Below the pieces are notes generated by a model that saw only the letters and a list, made by a program, of their open reading frames with translations, was not told where the DNA came from and made no database searches. A DNA stretch of 53,267 bases from an uncultured Christensenella sp. (GTDB lineage: Bacteria; Bacillota; Clostridia; Christensenellales; DTU072), in contig CAZUJW010000007.1 in the NCBI GenBank assembly GCA_964620655.1, positions 1 through 53,267 of the forward strand, read 5' to 3'. A program made the translations under genes and the position numbers. Below, in pieces: positions 37,915 to 45,502 of the stretch. Each line of letters starts with the position of its first letter. Within the stretch, counting starts at the first letter, position 1.

Positions 37915-38194
37915 CAAATAATTTACGATTAAGAAAAAACGGGATGTTAAGTGACGCAATGTTTCTTATCAGCCCGTTTTTTATTATTTGTTACGTTATT
38001 ATCATTATCGTCACGCAAACGCCCGAGAATACGAAAAAGCCTGCTCGGTTCCGTAAAAAATCAGCCTGCCTGCATATCCCAGGATTTTCCTGGATTTTGC
38101 GGTTTGGAGAGGAACATTTTCTAATGAAATTACTTGTCAAAAGTATGCGAAATGCGTATAATAAGTACAGAAAATCTAAAAAAAGAGTTCTCTT

Positions 38195-41152
38195 ATGTCA
38201 GAAAACAACAACAAAAACATCGAAGAACAAGACGTAGTTGTCGAAGAACAAGATAAGGTTGAAGAACCTGTCGAAGCAAAAGACGACGCAGTCGAAGAAG
38301 TTTCTGCAGAGAAAGACGGCGAAACGGCAGCCGCAAAAGACGAGAAGAAGAAAAACGTCTTTTTGGTATGGCTTGCGGCGGCAGGCGCTTGGTTTGCAAA
38401 ACTCGGGCAGATAATTGCCGGATTTTTCAAAAAACTCGGGCAGAAAATCGCAGAGCTGTGGAACAAACTTTCCGCCAAATTAGGCAAAAGGAATCTAATC
38501 ATTATATGCTCGGCGATAGCTGCCGTGCTTATAGCGGTGATAGTGACCGTTTCGGTGGTTTGTTCCAACAATAATAAAGACAAGGATAACGGCGAGCAGG
38601 TCACGACGACTTACTCCGAAGGTCTTGCCTTCAACGAGACGGCAGACGGCACCGGATACGAAATTTCGGGTATGGGTACCTGCACCGACAGGGATCTCGT
38701 TTTGCCCGTCGAATATAACGGCAAGAGCGTGACCGCGATCGGCAATAGGTCGTTTATGTTTAACGAAAACGTTACTTCCGTTACGATTTCGAAGTCGGTG
38801 ACGCGCATCGGCGATTATACCTTCTGCAACTGCAAAAAGTTAAAAACAATTATATACAACGGCACCAAAGCAGAATGGGCCGCAATCACGAAAGGAAATA
38901 ATTGGGACTACGGTCTGACCGGCGCGGTCGTTAAATGCACCGACGAAACGACGTCCTACGTTTCTACCGCCACTGCTTCGCAGGGCTTGACTTTCGAACT
39001 CAACGCCGATAGCACCGGATATATCGTTACGGGTGAAGGCACCTGCGAAGACGACGTTATTCTCATTCCCGCAGAATATGAAGGCAAACCCGTAGTGGAA
39101 ATTAAAGCCAACGCTTTTTGCATAAGAAACGGTGAAACCGACTATTCCGCAAGCGATTTGGTGGCGATTGCTATCCCCGATTCCGTTACTAAAATCGGAG
39201 AACAAGCGTTTGCTCTTTGTTCTTCGTTAGAAAAGGTATCGTTGTCGCAGTCGCTTGTTTCTATAGGCGAAACCGCATTTTATGGAACAACGTCGCTTAA
39301 GCAGATATCTTTCCCCTCTTCGCTCAGAACGATAGGAATGTTTGCGTTTGCCCATTCCGGACTTACGGAAGTCGTAATCCCCGAAGGAGTAACTACTTTA
39401 GGAAACGGAGCTTTCGCATGGAACGAGAGTCTTACGTCGGCTACGCTTCCCACGACAATAACGGATTTTGACGATGTAAGAGAGGACGATGACGATGCCG
39501 ACATGTTCGGAACGTTCTACGGTTGCTCTGCTTTATCGGAAGTTATTTTACCCGATGGTATGACAAAACTCGGCAAGCAGATGTTTGCTCAGTGCGAAAG
39601 CCTTACCGAAATCACCATTCCGTCGGGCGTTACAGAGATTCCCGACTATTTGTTTACGATGGCATCAGTCGATTATAGGGTTAAGTTCAAATCGTTGACC
39701 CTCCCCTCTACGTTGACGAAAATAGGTCAATTCGCATTCCGTAATTGCGATATCGACGACATCTATTTCGGCGGTACCGTCGAACAATGGAAAGCCGTTT
39801 TAACAGAGGCTAAACTAATAGGCTTAATAAACGTATTCGATTCTAACGCTTGCTACGTTGCGCATTGTGCCGACGGCAATTATATCGACACGGACACCTA
39901 TGTGAATGGTATCCATAATGCTTGCACCAGTGACGGCAAAGGAGAAGGCACTTTCATTTACAACGGAATAAATTCTGAGGGTGAGGGTTGCGGAAAGATA
40001 GTCATTCCGTCAATCGGTTATCTCGCCGGCAGCAGCATGAGTTGCCGTTTGGCGAGCACTTGCGAGGGTACGTTTATAGGTAACAAAACGCTTACCGTTG
40101 TCGCTATCCCGAGTGCGATTAAAGAACTCGGCAAATCCGCATTTGCATGTTGCGAGAATTTGTCGCGCATTCTGTATGACGGAACAACCGAACAATGGAA
40201 CAATCTTACAAAGGGTGACAACTGGGATTACGGTACGGGAGAATACACCGTATATTGTACCGACGGCACGGTAGAAAAAGTCGCAACCTCCGTTAAGTAT
40301 TCGCAAGAGCAAGATCTGATAATCGAGAATTCGACCGTTAAGGGAATCAGAACCTCCTGCACCGACAAGGTTATATATATCCCTAACTACATCAGTCAAA
40401 TTGCTGCGGAAGCGTTTCAGGACGACGGCAAAATTCTCGGCGTTATTATCCCCGACTCCGTAGAGGGAATGGGCAACAAAGTTTTCAAAAACTGTTCCAA
40501 TCTTAAATACGTCGAACTCGGCAAAGAAGTAACGACAATAGACGACTACGCATTTTACGGAACAAGGTCTCTTAAACATATCTCTCTCCCCTCTTCGCTT
40601 ACAAAAATAGGGAAATTAGCATTCAGTAATTCCGGACTTACGGAAGTCGTGATACCCGAGAACGTAGAGACCTTAGGATATGCAACTTTCTCATATTGCA
40701 AGAATCTTAAATCGGTTACGATCCAATCCACGTCAATAGAGGATTTCGGCGACGGCGAAGACGCCGACATAGTCGGGACTTTCTATGGTTGCGAGGCATT
40801 GGAGGAAGTTGTTTTACCCGAAGGTATGACAAAACTCGGCAAACAGATGTTCGGAGGGTGTACAAATCTTACCAAAGTCACCATTCCGTCGAGCATAAAC
40901 GTTATTGCTGAAACGGCGTTTACGTACTGTACAGGACTCAGCGAGGTTACGTTCTCCGATTCGTTGATACAAATCGGCATATATGCGTTCAATAATTGCA
41001 GAAATCTCACCGATATTAATTTTAACGGCACGATGGAACAATGGAAAACTGTCATAAGTAACAGCAACAACATGTGGAATTACAGTGCGGGAAACTACAC
41101 CGTACACTGCAGTGACGGGACGTTGGACAAAGACGGAAGAGTTATTGAGTGA
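38195..41152 (+). CDS. BspA/TpLRR-type leucine-rich-repeat surface protein with N-terminal TM anchor
   Basis: Repeated IP.SVT.IG..AF..C..L units, an acidic N-terminal tail, one TM helix and an internal duplication. Confidence 0.92.
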   Translation: MSENNNKNIEEQDVVVEEQDKVEEPVEAKDDAVEEVSAEKDGETAAAKDEKKKNVFLVWLAAAGAWFAKLGQIIAGFFKKLGQKIAELWNKLSAKLGKRNLIIICSAIAAVLIAVIVTVSVVCSNNNKDKDNGEQVTTTYSEGLAFNETADGTGYEISGMGTCTDRDLVLPVEYNGKSVTAIGNRSFMFNENVTSVTISKSVTRIGDYTFCNCKKLKTIIYNGTKAEWAAITKGNNWDYGLTGAVVKCTDETTSYVSTATASQGLTFELNADSTGYIVTGEGTCEDDVILIPAEYEGKPVVEIKANAFCIRNGETDYSASDLVAIAIPDSVTKIGEQAFALCSSLEKVSLSQSLVSIGETAFYGTTSLKQISFPSSLRTIGMFAFAHSGLTEVVIPEGVTTLGNGAFAWNESLTSATLPTTITDFDDVREDDDDADMFGTFYGCSALSEVILPDGMTKLGKQMFAQCESLTEITIPSGVTEIPDYLFTMASVDYRVKFKSLTLPSTLTKIGQFAFRNCDIDDIYFGGTVEQWKAVLTEAKLIGLINVFDSNACYVAHCADGNYIDTDTYVNGIHNACTSDGKGEGTFIYNGINSEGEGCGKIVIPSIGYLAGSSMSCRLASTCEGTFIGNKTLTVVAIPSAIKELGKSAFACCENLSRILYDGTTEQWNNLTKGDNWDYGTGEYTVYCTDGTVEKVATSVKYSQEQDLIIENSTVKGIRTSCTDKVIYIPNYISQIAAEAFQDDGKILGVIIPDSVEGMGNKVFKNCSNLKYVELGKEVTTIDDYAFYGTRSLKHISLPSSLTKIGKLAFSNSGLTEVVIPENVETLGYATFSYCKNLKSVTIQSTSIEDFGDGEDADIVGTFYGCEALEEVVLPEGMTKLGKQMFGGCTNLTKVTIPSSINVIAETAFTYCTGLSEVTFSDSLIQIGIYAFNNCRNLTDINFNGTMEQWKTVISNSNNMWNYSAGNYTVHCSDGTLDKDGRVIE

Positions 41153-41172
41153 TTTAGAAAATATTAAAAACG

Positions 41173-41214
41173 AAAAGGTTGTTAAGAGCGAAAGCTTCTT
41201 AACAACCTTTTTTT
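41173..41214 (+). terminator. Rho-independent terminator
   Basis: AAAAGGTTGTTAAGA / TCTTAACAACCTTTT plus T tract. Confidence 0.85.
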
Positions 41215-41406
41215 ATGCTCGGCTTGACGGGCGTGAAAAGTGAAGAGTGAAACTGCGGTACAAAGCCGTACGTACGTACAGCGGTCACGACGAGAAACCG
41301 CAAGCAGTCCACAGCGTGGAGCTAATTCCCAAACAAGTCCGGCAATTAGCTCCGCTTTTGAGGATTGATATATAAAACGTTGATGCAAACGAGTTTAGAA
41401 ACGAGT

Positions 41407-42096
41407 TTAGTCGTAACCGTCGACGGTATGTTTTACGTCCTGCATTTGAGTGTCCAAAGTTTCGCAAATTGAAGCGCATTTCAGGAGTTTTTCCGAAATA
41501 TCCGCTTGCGTTTTTTCGTCGAGATTTTTTTTGTAGCGGAGCTTGTGTTCAAGGTTAGCCCAGGTTTCCATAGCTATCGTGCGGAGCTGTACTTCGACTC
41601 TCATATTTATCTTTTCGTCGCGTAAAAAGATGGGAGTTTCTATAATAAGGTGCAAGCTGCGGTAGCCGTTCTTTTTAGGGTGTTTTATGTAGTCGCGGGT
41701 TTCTATAAGCGTCACGTCGTCCTGATTTATAAGACAGTCGGCAAGCATATAGATATCTTCCACGAACGAACATATTACTCTTACTCCCGCAACGTCGTTA
41801 AGGCGTTGCACGGAAGAAAAGGTCAGGGGAAGATTTTTTCTTCTCAGCTTTTCAAGGATACTTTCCGGCGACTTTATTCTGCTTTTTATACTCTCTATCG
41901 GGTTGCGTTCGTTCTGCACCGAGAAGCGTTCGTCCAGCACTCTGAACTTCGTTTCCACTTCGAGAGCGGCGCACTTGTAGCACGACATAGTTTCTTTCGC
42001 CTGATCGAGTAAGGCTCTCACGTCGGCTACCGTCACGTCCGTAGGCAGGGAGTCGGCAATTGATTTCATTATCTCTTTATAACTTAGTTCGTTCAT
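41407..42096 (-). CDS. Small alarmone synthetase (RelP/RelQ-like GTP pyrophosphokinase)
   Basis: RIKSPESI.EK, DVAGVRVIC, DYI..PK.NGYRSLH, EVQLRT.AM..WA.LEH...YK. Confidence 0.93.
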   Translation of the reverse strand: MNELSYKEIMKSIADSLPTDVTVADVRALLDQAKETMSCYKCAALEVETKFRVLDERFSVQNERNPIESIKSRIKSPESILEKLRRKNLPLTFSSVQRLNDVAGVRVICSFVEDIYMLADCLINQDDVTLIETRDYIKHPKKNGYRSLHLIIETPIFLRDEKINMRVEVQLRTIAMETWANLEHKLRYKKNLDEKTQADISEKLLKCASICETLDTQMQDVKHTVDGYD

Positions 42097-42203
42097 AACG
42101 ATTATAATTATGCAAAAAACGGCTTAAACGACGCTTAACAAAAATCAGATTTTTCGATAAAATCAAAAGTTGATTAGTCTTAATCAACAAAACGACAAAA
42201 AAC

Positions 42204-42221
42204 TGCGCGCCATAAGCGAGC
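42204..42221 (-). repeat. Displaced end of the tRNA-Arg-associated unit (tRNA 3'-end mimic)
   Basis: TGCGCGCCATAAGCGAGC; GCGCGCCATAAG is identical to tRNA-Arg 44030-44041 and to 43832-43843. Confidence 0.8.
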
Positions 42222-42293
42222 AAAAAAGTGCATCAATTGATTTGAAGTTTAATAGTTTGTTGAAATGTTGTATTTCGCAAGATTTGATTTATA

Positions 42294-43490
42294 TTAATTT
42301 TGCGAAACGAGCCAGCGTGCGATGTCGATGATTCGAACTCCTTCGATTTGGCTTTCAGGATGCTTCGTTCGTGCGATAATGATTTTGGGATAGGCATCTT
42401 TGATTGATAGCAATGGGGCTAATTCTCGTTTTTGAGTTTCGGGACGACTAATATCGTCGCAAACTTGAATATAGGTTTTGAAGCCGTCTTTTATAGCAAC
42501 GAAATCAACCTCTTTTTCGCCTAATTGCCCCACGTAAACCTCATAACCGCGACGCAACAATTCGATTGCTACTATATTTTCATATAAATGACCGTAATCG
42601 GCGTTTTTTGTGCCGATAATTGCATAGCGAAAAGAGAGATCTGCAAGATAGTATTTTTTATCCGATTCCAAATATCGCTTTCCTTTTACGTCGTAACGCT
42701 TAAAAGGGTAGAATAGGAAGCTGCGACAGAGATAATCTATATATGCGCCGCAAGTTTTATCATTGGTTTTGTAGGTGTTTGACGTGAGCGCATTTGCAAT
42801 ATTGCGTATGGACGTTTTGTTGCCCACGTTGTCCATAAGATAATCCGCAATCATATTAAGCAAGTCTTCGTTTTCGATTTTGAATTTTTTAACAATATCT
42901 TTTGTAATAGTGGTGCGGACTATGTTTGCAAGATATTTTCTTGCGTCGCTTTGATTGCTGTATAAATAAGATCCTGCCATACCACCGACAGATACGTAAT
43001 TGTCAAAAGCCTCGTCAATATCGTTTTGCGGATAGTAGGAAAGATATTCCGTAAAAGAAAACGGGAACATGCTGATTTCAAAGACTCGACCGCCGAAGAG
43101 TGTTGCCAAATCGCTAGACAGCAAGAATGCGTTTGAACCAGTGAGGAATATATTGAAACGTTCTTCTTCATACAGGCTATTGATAACGGTTTCAAATCCC
43201 GTGCAAAGTTGTATTTCGTCCACAAAGACAAAGTTTTCTTTGTCCGCAGAATAGTGTTTGACTATATAATCGTATAATGCATCACCACTTTTTAATGATT
43301 CAAATTCTTTCAAATTTAGTTTGATGCGGGTTACGTTATTATTTTCGGATTGCTTTTTGACGTAATCAATGAAGGCATCCATCAATTTTGATTTGCCCGA
43401 GCGACGAATGCCCGTGATAACTTTGATGTCTGGAGTGTTCATGACGTCGATTAGTTGTTGAAGATAGGTCGGTCTTTCGATAAGTTTCAT
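42294..43490 (-). CDS. AAA_14 ATPase with DUF4143 C-terminus
   Basis: GIRRSGKS Walker A, FVDEIQ Walker B, LTGSNA, KYYLAD, EVDFVA...YIQV. Confidence 0.92.
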   Translation of the reverse strand: MKLIERPTYLQQLIDVMNTPDIKVITGIRRSGKSKLMDAFIDYVKKQSENNNVTRIKLNLKEFESLKSGDALYDYIVKHYSADKENFVFVDEIQLCTGFETVINSLYEEERFNIFLTGSNAFLLSSDLATLFGGRVFEISMFPFSFTEYLSYYPQNDIDEAFDNYVSVGGMAGSYLYSNQSDARKYLANIVRTTITKDIVKKFKIENEDLLNMIADYLMDNVGNKTSIRNIANALTSNTYKTNDKTCGAYIDYLCRSFLFYPFKRYDVKGKRYLESDKKYYLADLSFRYAIIGTKNADYGHLYENIVAIELLRRGYEVYVGQLGEKEVDFVAIKDGFKTYIQVCDDISRPETQKRELAPLLSIKDAYPKIIIARTKHPESQIEGVRIIDIARWLVSQN

Positions 43491-43509
43491 GTGCTATCAC
43501 CTCATAATC

Positions 43510-43538
43510 AATATATCTCATTTCGCAAAAATTGTCAA
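43510..43538 (-). promoter_or_regulatory. sigmaA promoter of the ATPase cassette
   Basis: Minus strand TTGACA-17-TATATT. Confidence 0.75.
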
Positions 43539-43636
43539 ATGCAAAAATTGCGAAATAAAACATAATGTACGATATTTTGAATAATTTTGAAAGAAAAATA
43601 ACCTAACTCGGAAAATCAAGTCAGGTTATTCGTGGT

Positions 43637-44018
43637 GAGCCATTCGTATGTACCGTATACTTGTAGTAGTTTTTTAGAGTTTCGTAGCAATACCGTTATT
43701 TGAGCGTGTCGTTACTCATCAGATTTGCCCAAAGGGCAAATTTGCGAATCCCGCGGGATTCGCAGGGCTCGCTTATGGTGAAACAAAAAAGCAACCGATA
43801 TTTCGGTTGCAGTTAAATAAACGGAAAAAGTGCGCGCCATAAGAGAGCCATTCGTATGTACCGTATACTTGTAGTAGTTTTTTAGAGTTTCATAGCAATA
43901 CCGTTATTTGAGTTTATCGTTACTCATCAGATTTACCCAAGGGGCAAATTTGCGAATCCCACGGAATTCGCAAGGCTCACTTATGGTGAAACAAAAAAGC
44001 AACCGATATTTCGGTTGC
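43637..44018 (-). repeat. Two ~174-bp near-identical structured units (period 208 bp) downstream of tRNA-Arg
   Basis: Copies at 43637-43810 and 43845-44018, with 13-bp terminal inverted repeats and internal hairpins. Confidence 0.93.
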
Positions 44019-44028
44019 TTTTTTGTTT
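43989..44028. terminator. 18-bp perfect bidirectional terminator directly after tRNA-Arg
   Basis: AAACAAAAAAGCAACCGA-TATT-TCGGTTGCTTTTTTGTTT; partially duplicated near 43781-43810. Confidence 0.9.
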
Positions 44029-44104
44029 GGCGCGCCATAAGGAGCTCGAATCCCTAACCTTTGGTTCCGTAGACCAACGCTCTATCCAATTGAGCTAATG
44101 GCGC
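44028..44104 (-). tRNA. tRNA-Arg(ACG)
   Basis: Reverse complement GCGCCAT..TTGGT-CTACGGA-ACCAA..AGGGATTCGAGCTCCT-ATGGCGC-GCCA. Confidence 0.97.
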
Positions 44105-44133
44105 ATGAACGGGATATTTCCCATTACCACGAT

Positions 44134-44162
44134 ATTATAGTCTTAAACCGCCGCATTGTCAA
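44134..44162 (-). promoter_or_regulatory. Consensus sigmaA promoter of tRNA-Arg
   Basis: TTGACA-17-TATAAT on the minus strand. Confidence 0.9.
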
Positions 44163-44214
44163 TTGTTATGGCTTTAATTTATTAAAATCTTCATTAAAAT
44201 TTTCAAAAATAGGG

Positions 44215-44243
44215 TTGAAATGTAGAGTTTACACGTGTATAAT
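44215..44243 (+). promoter_or_regulatory. sigmaA promoter of the esterase
   Basis: TTGAAA-17-TATAAT. Confidence 0.75.
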
Positions 44244-44282
44244 ATTTATATAAAATATATATAAGAAAAGTTTGGAGGAACT

Positions 44283-45218
44283 ATGACTCGCTCAGAATTT
44301 GTTTTTTTGGCAATAGACGTTTTGTGCCATCCTTCTCAGAACTACCGCAGATACAAGGGCATGGTCAGGGAAGAAGAATTTGTTTTCGATGAAAAAAGAC
44401 CCGAAGTTTGCACCGCAGAATATTATTACGACCCCGAACTTATAAAGTCCGGTAAAAAACTTCCCGTAGTAGTTAATATTCACGGCGGCGGCTTTGTAAA
44501 AGGCGACAAAAAACACAGGCACAGCCTTTGCAAACGTTTTGCGAAACACGGATATTTCGTAATGAACATAAACTACGGTCTCGGACCGAAGGATCCCTTC
44601 CCGCAAGGCGTAATCGACTGTGCAAACGGTATAAATTATCTCGAAAAAACCGCCGAAAAATACAATATCGACCTTAACAAAGTATGTATAACGGGCGACA
44701 GCGCAGGCGCATATATGGCTACTTACGTAGAAGCCTTAGCTGCCGATAACGAACTCTGCGCAAAAATAGGTGCTCCCGAAATAAAGGTAAAACCCGCCCT
44801 TTTGGTAAGTTTCTGCGGGCCGTACGACCTTATTGCGTCGGTGTCCACGGTAAAACTTCCGTTCCATCTCGTATGGGATATAGGCAGATGCTATTTAGGT
44901 TTTGACTTCGGTTTGAAAAAAGATTTAAGCAATCTGGACGATTATCCTTACATAAAAGAAGTCGGACCGAGCGAATTCGTAAACAAAAATTGGTGTCCCA
45001 CTTTCCTTGTGATGGCGGATCAAGATATATTCTGTAAAGGTCAGGGCGAAATACTCGAAAACAAACTTAAAGAAAACAACGTGGAAGTGGTAACGTTCAG
45101 CAGCCATAAGTTCTTTGACAACCATTGCTTCCATATGGATATGGGCAAGAAAATATCCAAAGACTGCTTCAAGGAAGTGTTCAAGTTTATGGACGCACAC
45201 TTGAAAACCAACGCTTAA
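44283..45218 (+). CDS. Alpha/beta hydrolase (HSL-like esterase/lipase)
   Basis: IHGGGF, GDSAGA, D..., HCFH. Confidence 0.92.
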   Translation: MTRSEFVFLAIDVLCHPSQNYRRYKGMVREEEFVFDEKRPEVCTAEYYYDPELIKSGKKLPVVVNIHGGGFVKGDKKHRHSLCKRFAKHGYFVMNINYGLGPKDPFPQGVIDCANGINYLEKTAEKYNIDLNKVCITGDSAGAYMATYVEALAADNELCAKIGAPEIKVKPALLVSFCGPYDLIASVSTVKLPFHLVWDIGRCYLGFDFGLKKDLSNLDDYPYIKEVGPSEFVNKNWCPTFLVMADQDIFCKGQGEILENKLKENNVEVVTFSSHKFFDNHCFHMDMGKKISKDCFKEVFKFMDAHLKTNA

Positions 45219-45237
45219 TAAAAAGTTGCTAAAAATC

Positions 45238-45281
45238 AAAAGGAGCTGTTAAGAAACGCAAGTTTTTTTACGGCTCCTTTT
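45238..45281 (+). terminator. Rho-independent terminator
   Basis: AAAAGGAGCTGT / ACGGCTCCTTTT. Confidence 0.7.
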
Positions 45282-45340
45282 TGCGTACCGATTTTCGGCA
45301 CGGAGCAGAAAAAGCGTTAAAAAATCGCAGACCGAACGAA

Positions 45341-45475
45341 GTAAACGAAAAGATAAGCCTGATACTTATCAAAGTCGGAATCGTTCCTAACGTAAAGGGA
45401 TACGGATACTTACGCGACGCGGTACTTATCGCCATGGATAATACGGACATACGAAAAAGTTTCACTGTTGCAAAA
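45341..45475 (+). pseudogene. Fragment of a Spo0A C-terminal-like domain
   Basis: KISLILIKVGIVPNVKGYGYLRDAV resembles the Spo0A_C GVPAHIKGYQYLRDAI stretch. It lacks an RBS/start and the downstream SRVERAIRH helix. Confidence 0.55.
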
Positions 45476-45502
45476 ACCTTACGTATGTCCTATCGTAAAA
45501 AC

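Noticed and set aside
36958-37959. 333-aa antisense ORF
   Set aside because: Shadow of pckA.
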